Of a stretch of DNA of 64,000 nt, positions 52,111 through 64,000 are shown piece after piece. The notes under the pieces are model-generated. The model searched no databases, was not told the origin of the DNA, and was given only the letters and a program-made list of their open reading frames with translations. A program made the position numbers and the translations under genes. Positions within the stretch are counted from its first letter, which is position 1. Each line of letters opens with the position of its first letter. Origin of the DNA: Sminthopsis crassicaudata (taxonomy: Eukaryota); assembly GCF_048593235.1 (NCBI RefSeq), contig NC_133618.1:660374361-660438360 (forward strand). Direction: 5' to 3'.

Positions 52111-53308
52111 TGATTTTGGTGAGAGAAATTAAACTGTCTCATATTTGCAGACTGCTGGTCTAAAATTCATTTAGTTCTTGTGACATCAGCACAGCTAGAA
52201 GGAAATGATTAGTAGTTAAGCATAACTCTTAAACTTTAGCCCATAAAACAGATTTGTTGAACATTCAGCCCACTCCACTTCCAAGTGCAGCCAGAACCAG
52301 ATTAAAAAGCAATTGGGAAATATTTAACAAAGTAAATTTTTAAATAATACAATATAATGATGACATTTGGTTTTCTAAGTTAATGTGCATCTGTTGGTGT
52401 CCATGGATGGTTTCATGACTCCCATTTCTGTTTGAGTTTGCTACTACTATTATAAAATATCACATACATCTACTTTGGAGAGATTTGTACTTCTGAAACA
52501 ACTCAAAAGCTCCTGGGGCAGTTTTTAAATTTTTGTCAACGAGAAGTCTTTTTTTTTTTTTTTTTCGTTATTGTTTGCCCTGTTATATATAACTATTAAA
52601 GTAAATTGGTCAGTACTTGATTCTTCCTAATTTTAACATTCGTTAAGAAGAGTAATAGTTTATTGCTTCATATGTCACTTGTGCATGTGATTTCCTTCAG
52701 GGTAAGACATCTCAGGTGGATTCTAGTATTTTGTGTTATTATAGAGACTATGTTTTGGGGTTTGTTTTTTAAAAGCCTTTAATGTTTAAAAAAAAAAAAG
52801 GATAATGACTTCATCCTTCTTCATACAGAAGAATCATTTTTGAGTGACATAAGAATAGGTATAATGAAAAGAATAGTGAGTTTGGTTTTTCCATGAAAAG
52901 ACTTAAAAAGTTGTCTTTGCCATATTATATAAAAGTGAAGTTAGTACATAGCATTATATTTTTTAGAATTTATCTGTGAAACAGCACTTGGGCTGTTGGG
53001 CCAAGCTTTACATTTGTATCTTTATGTTCTAACTATAATCATGATCCTGTAAATTAGCTGAACTAGTTTATGGGATTCCTTAATCTAGTAATTCAAACCA
53101 AAACTAAAACCTTAATTGAGAGACGAATCTTTGTCCTAACTCTGACTTTGGGTAAATCAATTTCAGAGCCTCAATTTTCATCTGTATAAGAAGGATGAAC
53201 TCTGTAATATCTGAGGTTCTTTTTAGTTCCATGATTCTTTGAAAGTGTGGATATTACACAAACATGTCTGGTATTACATTACTTCTCCACTTTCTTTTAA
53301 TCTAATAG

Positions 53309-53430
53309 GAATGAATACATTGGTTGGCTATGACCTGGTTCCAGAACCCAAAATCATTGATGCTGCTTTGAGGGCATGCAGACGGTTAGATGATTTTGCT
53401 AGTGCAGTTCGCATTCTAGAGGCTGTAAAG
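53309..53430 (+). CDS. COX5A: COX5A exon 3 (122 nt)
   Basis: TAG|GA acceptor; [41 protein letters not shown]; donor AAG|GTCAGT. Confidence 0.98.
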
Positions 53431-54162
53431 GTCAGTGAAATAGCAATGGGCTGAGAATTCTGTGGTTTATATTGTATTTAAATCATTATAAATATATCTT
53501 AGAATTTGCTAATGACAAAAGAATAGCAGGTTAAATTTTTCTGAATTTATTTAACTTGAGAAAAGATTGCTGTATGCGGAAGATAAGTTTCATTGCAAAG
53601 TAGGACATTGCCAAAACTCTCATCCAAGAAACAAGTGACCTCAAAGCACAAATTTTCCCAGAAAAGACTCTGTTGGGCTATCATAACCAGGAGGGGGAAA
53701 AATTCACAGTCTACACAAGGAAAGAAAATTAAATTGCTTTATCTTAAATGAAAGGGATAATTATGGGTTCTGTTGGCTATCAGTCCATTCAACACTAGAG
53801 TTAATTGAATTATGGAGTTGAATTAGAGGGAAATTAAAATATTTTTCCCTCTATTGATTCAATTATAAATGTTGCCTGTTGGGCACATTTGACTGCCTTT
53901 GCAGTTTTCTGTCATCACTACCTTCCTTCCTGGCATCTAATTAGCATATTCCAATTGGTAAAATTATTCTTTGACTATAATAAGGCTTACTTTACTTTAA
54001 AAGATGCATTTTTAAATTCTGCAGCAGTTGTTTGTTTTCCTTATTGAAACTAATTGCTCACTGACCAAATTGATCCTAAGGGGTATAGGAACCTCTTTTC
54101 TAGATATATTGTATGTAATGTCAGGCTGGTTTTGTTACCTGTTCTATGTCTATTAAATTAAA

Positions 54163-54204
<42 letters not shown>

Positions 54205-54214
54205 TTGCTTCTAG

Positions 54215-54328
<114 letters not shown>

Positions 54329-54602
54329 ACTCTTGTGGGTAAGGAGCAGCATTGAAAATAAGTAGTTTTCTACCACCATTGTGTATTCTAAAAATGACCT
54401 GGACAGTTCTACACCTCAGTAAGCAAAAGGAGATGAGCATTGAGTAGGAGGCCACTAAAGGACAGAATATTGAGTATGCTTTGACAACTAGGTTGAGATA
54501 ATGTTTTCTGGTCCTTCTATTCTTCCTCTCAACCCTCTCCCTATACCCCCCCTCAGGAAACCCAACAACAATCATCCAACACTTACACTTTGTGGTCATA
54601 GG

Positions 54603-55084
54603 TGTGACATTTTAAAAGGTTTAAAAAAACAACAATTTCTTGGTAATTTAATACTTTTATTAATAATGCCAGAATTTTAATAACTTTTAATAACTTATAA
54701 TTAGAATAATTTTAATAAAAGGATGATTTCTTTTAGACAGACTGCAATCATGGCAGCAACTCAGGTTTATATACCCTTTTGTAAGAGGGGTTTTCCCACT
54801 GTTGGCAACACTTCTGATTTACCTACCAGTTAATGAAAGAATGAATATTATAATAAAGGCTTGGCCTGAACTGAGATTATATCATTTATTTAAATTAATT
54901 TCAGCCTTAGAATCTATTCACAGAATTTATCCCCACCCAAACCTGAATAGAACACAGTGGCTTCCCCACCTAAGTTGGTTCTGGATTGAGGTCTTAAAAT
55001 GAAGATGAAAAGAAAAGGGAAAAATCTGAATCTCCCTAAATCATTAATATTAATTTCTCTTAATATTAATAATAATTTCTCTCA
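54603..55084 (-). mobile_element. Solo LTR in COX5A intron 4, probably antisense
   Basis: Homologous to 7128-7711; reverse-complement polyA and TATA motifs. Confidence 0.7.
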
Positions 55085-56752
55085 TTGGCTTAAAGACAAT
55101 TGAAGAGTGTTTATGTAAGTTTATGGAGTAAGAATTGTTATCACAAATGTTATTTCACTAATGTTTCTCTAAAGAACTCTCAGTTTCACACTGCCATCCG
55201 CCCATCTTCACAGGGTGGTTATTTGAGGGAATTTATAGACTCTGGTGCTCTTCTGTAAAAAGATACATTAGAATATGCTTTATGACAAATATTCTGATCT
55301 ATAACTATTAAACATCGAGATATTTAAGTGTTCACCAAGACTTAACTCTTATTTCCAAGATTAAAAGAGCAAGACTTTAAATTGTTTTCTAATAGTAATA
55401 AGTAGGAGGATTTGAGGGAAGGGAGCCAGCACTATTACCTACTGTGTGTTGGTCATTGTGCTAACTAACTAAGCACTTCATAAATTATCTCATTTGCTCC
55501 TCACAACAATCTTGGGAGGTGTGAATGCTATTATTATCTCCATTTTGCAGTTAAGAAAATTGAGGCAAACAAAGGTTAAATGATGTGGCCAGGGTCATAC
55601 CAGCTACTAAATGTTTGAGGTCAAATTTGAACTCCACTTTTCTTGACTCTAAGCCAGTGCTCTACACTGAGCTAAGGGATAGAAATTAGGTTGTGCTGTG
55701 TAAGCTTAATAGAAATGGGCCAATTAACAGTGGATAGGCACTATTCAAGTGGGTAAATAAGCAATAATCTGACTTGTAAATCCCATTAGGTTGTCATTAA
55801 TGATTAATAATTCATGTTTATATGGTGCTTTGAAGTTTATTATAAACATGAATATGTGTAATGCAGGCATAAATGAATACAACTAGCTCCATTGCTGATA
55901 CTGTATGTACAAAACGTTGAATTGCCTTAACATTTGAGCATTTGAAGAATGCAATTTTAATTTGGCAATCATCAAATATCTACCATCTGCAAAGTCTAAT
56001 TCTTGATTCACTTTGCCCTATAAATGCTTTTGACATAGTGCTACTTATCATTGTTGGTTGACAAATATGTGTCCATTGGCAACTCAAGTTGGGAGATTTT
56101 CACTATGCAGAGATGTTTTATATTATTTGTAAATGGACTTAATTGTAGCTCTAAAAGAGTCCTTAGAAGCATCTAATTCGTTCATTTCTCAGATAAAGAA
56201 ATCAGCAGACAAGTTCTCTAGAAAATATCAAATTAGTTTTCAGATCCACTATCCCATGGAGCCATAAGCTGATGATTTGGTTTCTTTGTTTCATGTTCTT
56301 GCCATCAAAAGAAATCTGTTATGAATGGATAAGCCAAAATTTAAACTGTTTTTTCTTAGCAAACAAAAACTAAAACCTTGTCACATCTTTGTAAATGAAG
56401 GTAACTAGCAAAGGTTAGAATTGGCAGGCAGAATGGCACTATGGAAATCCTAGGGTATGAGAATCAAACCTGGATTTAAATCCTGTCTCTGCCATTCACT
56501 TAGCTCTGTGATCTTAGATAAGTCATTTATTACTTTACCTCAATTTAGTCATCTCTAAAATGAGGGGCTTGAACTATATGTTCTCTAATGTCTCTTCCAG
56601 TTTTAAAGCTTAATGATCATATGGTGTGTGTATAGAATTTTTTTTTTTTTCTTAGAACAGTTGCAGTTATGACATTAAATGATTTAAAAAGATGAGCCAG
56701 GAGCTCAGAGGCATAAATGTCATTCACTCATTCTTTCCTTTTTCTCTTTCAG

Positions 56753-56910
56753 ATGAGCTTCCTAAGGATTGATTGGTAATGCTACTTGATTATACACACA
56801 CATTTACCTGGAGATGCTGATGATAAAATATTTGAACATGTTTTTCTTTATTGAGTCCCAGTCTGTATAATATTTACTTGGACCTTAATAAAAGGGAAAC
56901 AGTTTGAACT
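56753..56910 (+). other. COX5A: COX5A exon 5 (non-coding 3' UTR) with polyA signal AATAAA at 56887-56892
   Basis: Pyrimidine tract plus CAG acceptor; resembles the human COX5A 3' UTR as recalled (cttggac-ttaataaaagggaaa-agtttgaact). Confidence 0.9.
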
Positions 56911-56954
56911 TAATTTAAGAAGTTGTTACCTGAGTTTACATTAAAAAAGAAAAA

Positions 56955-57170
56955 TGTTCACTCGTGTCCAACTTTTCGTGACCCCAGTTAGGGTTTTCTT
57001 GGCAGAGATACTGGATGGGTTTCCTTCTCCCGTCATTTTGTTGGTGAGAAAACTGAGGCAAATGAGATCCAGTGACTTATCTAGGGTCTTACTGCTAAGT
57101 AATGTCTAAGGCTTTCTTTCTGATTCCAAACCCAGTGTTCTAGCCCTATGGCACCATCTAGCCACCTCCA
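56955..57170 (-). mobile_element. Mar1-type CORE-SINE
   Basis: Reverse-complement RTE tail (gtgtccaacttttcgtgaccc...ttcttggcagagatactgg) plus CORE. Confidence 0.7.
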
Positions 57171-57199
57171 TTAAAAAATTAACGAATGAAATTATTGGG

Positions 57200-57900
57200 A
57201 CTAATGGATTAAAATGTTCTGCTTCCAGGATGAAGGAGGTGACAGTCCATCATACTTCCCAAGACAGGCCATTTTATTTTGGGGTCAATTCTAATTCTCA
57301 GGAAAGTTTTCTTTACTTCAAACCCAATTGTTGCTTAATGGCCTGTCCCCAGGACTCATTCAAACAAAACATGTCTAATCCCTCTGATACCTGACTGCCC
57401 ATCAAATAACAGTTGTTATTGTCCCTTTTCATCCCATTCCTAGTTAGTTCTGGGTTAATCATGGCCACTTCTGCTGACCTTTGATGTGTTCATCCCCACT
57501 TCTGGATGCTGTCCAGTTTGTCATCATCCTTCTAAAATGTAGCACTCAAAATCAAACATAACATGCTAGATAGAATCTGACCAGGCCTGAATAAAGTGGG
57601 GCTATATTTCCTGCTCTTGTACCTTTTGCCTCTGTGTGACCTAAGATGTTTAATTTCTTGGCTGCTGTATCATACTATTGACTCTTGGAGTTTTCAGTCC
57701 ACAAAGAGCTCCCTTCGAATATCTTTTAAAAATGAACTTGTCTAGCTATGCTTTTCCCATTTTCTACTAGTCTTCATTTTGGTATGTTGTTTTGTCTCAA
57801 GTGTTATGAAGCACCTGTATGCTGAACTCTGGATTTTTCATAGGTATCTGTTAAATTAAGCATATTGGATTCAGTCCAGTTTGGATCCTGACTCATATCC
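57200..57900 (-). mobile_element. CR1/L3 fragment
   Basis: Reverse-complement L3 ORF2-like text (ccttctaaaatgtagcactcaaaatcaaacataacatgctaga). Confidence 0.5.
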
Positions 57901-59596
57901 TTTATTAAGTTGGCTATCAGTGGCTGAGTGTAGATAAGGCCTTTATAAGTACCAAGGCAAGCATGAACTTAGAAGAGCATAATTTGTTTAGATGAGTATA
58001 AGTACCAGGATCAATCAGATAATATGTATTCATAAGAAACTCACTTTAGAGAATGGAGGTGTATTGTGACAAAGGCACTGTGGGAAAGACAATTCTGGGT
58101 GCTCAGGGATATTGGGGAAGGTTTTAGGAAAATTGACCTAGTTAATTGCTACATTAAATTGGTTGAGGCTATAGGGCCTCCCACAATCCCTCAAAAATCT
58201 TAGAAGCATCCTGGTGGGGTGATTAGAAAGGAGGAGGAAGATAGTAGGTTTTGCCCAAAGATTGACTATCTCCAATGAGGATTTTGCTCTGACACTCATG
58301 TTGCACTAAAAAGGTTATCCCATGGAACAATGAGGTGTTTGTTCTGGCATTGAAGATATCTTCCTGTGCAAAGTGGATACGAATTTTAGCATCCCCTACA
58401 GACAAATTCTAAGCAGGGGTACTAGCATGTAAACAAATTATAAAAGACATTTTAGAAGAACATTAGCAACAATCAAGGGACAGGGTTCAAGTAGTAGGGG
58501 ACTACCAACTAACTATTACCTTGAATAAAATAAATCTTGTTTCCTTTGCTCTTCAGTTTCTTTGTCTGTACTAAGTTTTTGACCATAAGGGTTCTTGATT
58601 TTTAGGTTGCTCTGTTTTCCTAAGGTTGAAAGAAATAACTTGTTAAATTGGTAGAATTTGACTTAACAACTCTAGGAATAAAATTTTAAGTTGGTGATTG
58701 AAAAGGAAAGCTGTTTCTGTCATACCCACCCTTCAGAGACAAAGGTCTGTCTGACCTCATTTAGTTCCTTGGCATTAGGATTGCTGACTACTACTGATGA
58801 CTAGGAGGAGAATGATGGTAGGTAATACATCTTCATGATCTTGACGGGGCCAGGGCAGTTTACACCCACCATCATATTATGTTAAATTCTGGTGTTCAGA
58901 AAAAGGGAACGACACAATCCCTGCTCATATTCTAAGAGGGAAGACCCTAAATAATTAGGTACATATCAGATAAATCAAGAAGATGGAAAGTTTGTCCTAA
59001 AATGGCAAAAAGATGATGTAGCATGCCAGAAGCATAGCCTTTTGTGATTATTGCAGAACTATTTTGTACTGCTGTTTTAAATCAGGGAAAAAGAAGCATT
59101 GTGTCCCTGCCCTTAATGACATATAGAAAGGTTGGAGATGAGTACCTGTAAGTAATAGGGGAGTATAGGAAGAGTCCTGGATGTTGGGCAAACATAGAGG
59201 AGAGGGATAATGCTTGAGCTAGAGTTGGAAGGGAAATATTTCAGCTAATATGAGAAGGGCCAGCCAGGCATGCTCCCATTGAAAACAGTGTTATAATATT
59301 CATATATATTTACTTAGGTGTAAAGCAAATTGAAGATGGTAATGTTAAGATCCTGTCCTTCAGCAACCTTACCAAGATTATAAGAAAAGTGACTTGCCCA
59401 GGATCTGGTCCCAAATTCTGAAGAGATCAAAGAAATGAAGAAATTGTAGTATACATAATGTGTGTAAGCACATATCAGGCAAACATACATATAAATGTAA
59501 TGTATGTATGTATATAAGGCAAAGAACTGGACCCTAGGAAGATGTCTTGCAATTGGAATAGTTGAACAAGTTACTGTTTATAAATTGATAAAATAG

Positions 59597-59740
59597 GGGC
59601 AGCTAGGTAGCGCAGTGGATAGAGCACCAGCCTTGAATTCAGGAGGACCCGAGTTCAAATGTGGTCTCAGACACTTAGCACTTCCTAGCTGTGTGACCTT
59701 GGGCAAGTCACTTAACCCCAGCCTCAGGGGAAAAAAATAA
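59597..59740 (+). mobile_element. Young WSINE1
   Basis: Perfect 17-bp TSD ATAAATTGATAAAATAG. Confidence 0.93.
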
Positions 59741-60689
59741 ATAAATTGATAAAATAGAGAGGATGAAGGATATAGTTTCAGAGAAACCTGAGAAGACTTG
59801 TACAAGCTGATTGAATATGAAGTCTACAGAACCAGGAGAACAATCTATGCAACAATAGTGTAAAGCCAAACAACTTTAAAAGACTAAAGAACCCTGATCC
59901 ATTCAGTGACCAACCAATGATGAAGATTACCCCTTAGGATCTTACAAAAGCAATGAACTTGAATGTAAAATGAGATGCATTTTTGGATGTGGCCAGTATG
60001 GGAATTTTACTTGACTATACATGCTTGTTACAAGAGATTTTTCCCCTGATAGAGCAGAAGAGGAGAAAAAAGTTTTTTAATTGAAAAAATTAAAAAAAAA
60101 ATACATGAGTCCTAACAGTGAAAGGGGAGGATGAAGCAAGTGAAGGAGTTAACTGCTTTAGTAGACATAATGTCTATAATGATAGAATTGTATTTAGAAC
60201 AATTTAGAGGAAAGATCTGTTACTGTCTCTCAAAAATCAAGAAATAGCATTTCAGTAGAATAGTGTAGGATTTGGCATCAGTCGTTGGTCTCCAAAACTT
60301 AATAGCTGTATCACTTTGGACAGGACTGATCTTGTCATTCATCTGTAACATGGAATGCAAACTCTTATACTAGCCCAAAGAGTTATTGGGTGGGAAGAGA
60401 TACTTTGTCAATCAATAACTAATAGACATTTAAGGAGCTTCTAAGTGCCAGGCACAGAATTAAGCTCTAGGGATTCAAAAAAAGGGGGAAATTAGTTCCT
60501 GCCCTCAAGGGGCTTATATATTCACGAGTGAGGCAAACAAACATCTTTATATATACCAGCTAGATCCAGTATATTTCAGAAGGTCATCTCAGAAGAGAGG
60601 GAAGGCCAATCAGGAAAGACTTCTTGCAGAAGGTAAGATATAAATTGAGTCTTTAGCTATACAGTACATCCCAGAAGTCTTGATACTAT

Positions 60690-61560
60690 CAAAATGAATT
60701 TACATTTTTAATGCTAAACTATAAAATTACCAGGGAGGTACTTTGCAGAATTTCATAAAATAGCAAAATTCATTTGGAAAAACAAAAGATCTAGAACGGG
60801 TTCTCAAACTACGGCCCGAGGGCCAGATGGGTTATGGCAAATGGGATGAGGCAGGGAGACAAGAGTGTGAGGTTTTGTTTTTACTCTAGTCCGACCCTCT
60901 AACAGTCTGAGGGACAGTGAACTGGCCCCCTATTTAAGAAGTTAGAACATCAAGGGAAATGATGAACAGAAGTAGGGACTAAGAGGGAATAGTATTTCCA
61001 GATCTCAAGTAATATTAATATCTCTAATTCTTGATTTTCTAGTCTTTTCCATTGATCTGTTTCTGGTTTTTTTTTTTTAAACTAATACCAGATGCCTTTG
61101 ATGACCATGGCATTAAATCATTAATAAGAAAAATACAAATCAAAACAACCCTGAAATTTCACCTCACCCCACAAATAGGCAAAAATGACAACAGACAGCA
61201 ATAGAAAATGGAGGACTTGTGGAATAGGCACACTAAAACACTTGGTGGGTCAGTAAAATGGTACAACCATTTTGAAAAGCAAGTTGTAATTATACAAAGT
61301 GTTAAAATGTCGACATTGAACTAGAGACTCCATTATGGACTTTTGTGTCAACCAAATTAATAAGAATAAAAAACAAAATAATTGCAGCAGTACTTTTTGG
61401 GATAACTAAGAATTCAGAAAGTAGAAACTCACTTATTGGGAAATGGTCAAATTCAATGTATGTCACAGAATATAACTGCTGTCAGAAATGACAAGCATGG
61501 AAAGATTTCGATGAATTGATATGGAGCCAGGACAATAGTTAACTGCAGTGTAAATGGAAC
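60690..61560 (+). mobile_element. Old degraded L1 ORF2/3' fragments
   Basis: IAKFIWKNKRS and EKIQIKTTLKFHL relics. Confidence 0.65.
60797..60943. mobile_element. OC1-like hAT MITE nested in the L1, opposite orientation to the 50053 copy
   Basis: CGGGTTCTCAAACTACGGCCC left end; ATCTAGAA target site; interior is the reverse complement of the 50053 copy; right TIR eroded. Confidence 0.8.
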
Positions 61561-62763
61561 GAACAACTACTCACCATAAATGTAACAAATTATAAAGATC
61601 AAAGAGGACTCTGATGAAGAGACATGAGGGGACTCCTCAAAGCCACCTTTGTGCATATAGTCTAGAAGTATCACACATTGCACTTCAATGTGTTTGATCA
61701 GTTGTGCTGTTTTTTCCCCTTCTAAAAACATTATTATATAGGATGGTTCTCTGGGAAAGGGAAAGAAAAGAATGCTTGGGATAGTCACTGAACAGGAACT
61801 GGCTTCGAACCTTTGGGGGTCACAGCCACACAAAGTAAGCTAGAAACAGGAGACAAACATTTAATTTCAGAGTGAGGAAAAGGATACCTGCAGGCCAAAC
61901 AAAACCCCCTTCCAGAGTTCTTTGAGGGAACAGGAGTGCACCAGTGACAAGGAACAGAGATGGTGAATGTGTGATGGGTGGTCCTGGAAATAAGGGGAGC
62001 TACATCCCTCCCAGTGTATGATCCAGAATGCAGAGGATCGTTATGCTTAGGACACGGGCCTTAGCTCTGACAAACAGGGTATCCACAAAATATTGACACT
62101 ATGATGATACGAGGAACAAGATGTCGGAAAAGCTTATTTTTTAAGAAAAGAAAATATAGTGGGTTCTTGTCTCCCTTATTTTTGGAGCCCTGCCTCCGTG
62201 CCTGCCCCAGCGTGTAACAGGATTCTATCACATCCACCCCCAGCCTCCCTGGACCCCTCCACGGTGTGGGGACTTCAGTGCTGGCCCCGGGGTAGGTCTT
62301 TAACAAGGGGCATTAAACAGGGTCGAGCGTGGGCCCTGGGTTGTCGTCTACAGCCCGGTGGAGTCCTCTGAGCTCGGTCCGGCCCAGCGATCTGCCGGCT
62401 CTAACATCCCATCATCCCATCACCGTTTGACAGATGTGCAAACTGAGGAGCAGCTTCCTGTTTTTTCTGGTCATTTCTGGCAGGGCCAGGCTAGCCAAGG
62501 GCTGACTTCCTGATCGATTTATGTTCTTCAATAGGACTTTCATCTCCGAGATGAATTGGTCCTCCAGCCATAGAGAGCAGGCTAGCGATGCCAAGACTTC
62601 TTCCAGCCATCTTGCTAAAGGAGAGCCCCGCCAGGATGGGGAAAGGGGCGGGGCGCCGTGACGCCGGCGAGGACGCCGTCACGTGGGAGGGCGGCTCCGC
62701 TGCGGCTGCGGCTGCCTCGCTCGGCCCGACGAGCGGCCGCCCCGTGGGGAGCCGGCCCAGGCC

Positions 62764-62892
62764 ATGGCGACCCATGGGCCACGCGCGCCCCCTCCGCCCT
62801 CGCGGCCGCCGCGCGAGACCCGCGACGGGCCAACAGTCGGGACCCCCGCCCAGGCCTCGCGACCTCGGCCCGGCCGGGCTCCCGGCGGCGCG
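62764..62892 (+). CDS. FAM219B: FAM219B coding exon 1 (43 codons)
   Basis: Strong Kozak GCCATGG; MATHGPRAPPPP...RPRPGRAPGGA; donor GCG|GTGAGG in phase 0, joining the next exon in frame. Confidence 0.72.
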
Positions 62893-63386
62893 GTGAGGGA
62901 GGGAAGGAGAGGGCGGGCCCGGCCCCACCCCTCCAGGGGCTGCGGGGAGGGGGAAGGGTTTAGAGGGAAACTGAGGCCTGAGGGGGGAGGGCGCTGGCGG
63001 GGCCGGGCCCACGTGTCCCGATCTCTGAACCTCGGACACTGCCCTCCCTTGTCCTGCCTTAGCCTGTCCGGCGCCTCTCGGCTTCCCACTCTTCCCATCT
63101 CTCCCTCCTCCCTTTCCCCAGTTCTCTCTCCTCATCCTCCCCCCCCTGCCCTCCCCCCTCCCTCACCAATCCTTCCCATCCCTCCTCCCCGTCTCTCCTC
63201 CTTCCTCACTCCCCAGCCTCCCGGGTCTTCCCGCCCTCCCCCCCCCCCCCCGCCCTCCTCCCTCCCACCTCGGGAAGCCTCCAGGCTGGAGGACGCCGGG
63301 GGCTGTCGTTGCTTTCGGGGCTCTGCTGTGGGCGGTTCCCTCCGGCCGGAGGCTGGTTTTCAGCTCGCTGCCGCTTGCCCCCGCAG

Positions 63387-63486
63387 GTGCTGAGCGGCTA
63401 CAAGCGCGTAGACTGGGCTCCGGAGGCGGTAGAGAAGAGGGGGCCGTACATCATGGCCCGCATGCCGTCCATCCAGGCCAAGCTGC
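63387..63486 (+). CDS. FAM219B: FAM219B coding exon 2 (100 nt); gene continues beyond the window
   Basis: CCGCAG|GTG acceptor; VLSGYKRVDWAPEAVEKRGPYIMARMPSIQAKL matches the FAM219B motif AVEKRGPY..R.PSIQAKL; donor C|GTGAGT; gene order also fits. Confidence 0.9.
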
Positions 63487-64000
63487 GTGAGTATCCGCGG
63501 CTCTGATTGGCTCCTCCGCAGGAGTGCGCGGGCGCAGGTCCTGGAGTCCCCGACTTAGTCAGCTCAGGGGTCTCCTAGGTGAGGTCACTCATTTGTCACT
63601 GAGAGTTCAGAGAGGTCACGGGCGCCAGAGCTGGGACGGGCCCAGGGCCGGGGCTCACTTAGTGCAGCCCTCTGTACTGTGCTGTCTCAGGCCCAAAGTC
63701 AGGTCACTGGAGAGTCTCTGCCCCTCCTGAGATCTGCGCGTCCTGGGGCTGAGCTTGAAGCTTGCTTTCTCTTGTGTAAATAAAGGCCGCTGGGAGAGGA
63801 AACGAGACCGCGATGAATATCAGGAACCCTCGGGAAGGGAGGGAAGATAGGTCCTTCTCCGCTTAGTGACCGGTGCATGGAGGACGCTGATTGGCCTCCC
63901 AGCTGGGGGAGGAGGGCCGGGCACTGCCAGCCTGGGCCCTTCTGAGGGCTCTTTATGAGGCTGCCCCATGCTGGGATGTTAGCGCTTTCTCCTCCGCTAC

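Larger units (their letters stand above)
62300..63560. promoter_or_regulatory. FAM219B: FAM219B CpG-island promoter
   Basis: GC box at 62645-62654; CGTGACG/CGTCACG inverted pair at 62657-62683; E-box GTCACGTG at 62678-62685; YY1-like site on the - strand at 62604-62614. Confidence 0.8.

Noticed and set aside
62491-63393. 214-236 aa Pro/Gly-rich ORFs at FAM219B
   Set aside because: Read-through of a GC-rich promoter and intron; the spliced model explains the homologous sequence

Overview
Vertebrate genomic DNA, almost certainly from an Australian marsupial and probably a dasyurid (inferred from WSINE1/Mar1-type CORE-SINEs, RTE LINEs and OC1-like hAT elements). Three genes lie on the + strand in the order recalled for human 15q24: intronless RPP25 (960-1562), complete five-exon COX5A (CDS 42983-54328, non-coding last exon to ~56910) and the first two coding exons of FAM219B (62764-63486, continuing beyond the window). 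Each starts in a CpG island. The ~41 kb between RPP25 and COX5A is mostly nested transposable elements: a degraded processed alpha-tubulin pseudogene (TUBA1C-like) split by a solo LTR, a young internally deleted L1 with a perfect TSD, ancient L2s fragmented by LTR/L1/SINE insertions, a class I (HERV-I/IP-like) provirus remnant with a tRNA-Pro PBS and gag-pol-env relics, and a solo-LTR cluster. There are two assembly gaps. I found no convincing new biological system. The best leads are an apparent extra intron in FAM219B, an N-to-D change in the conserved RRxND motif of COX5A, the HERV-I-like provirus, two OC1-type MITEs and an overlapping uORF on RPP25. Family assignments come from recalled consensus and protein sequences, not database searches. 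Boundaries of old repeats are approximate.
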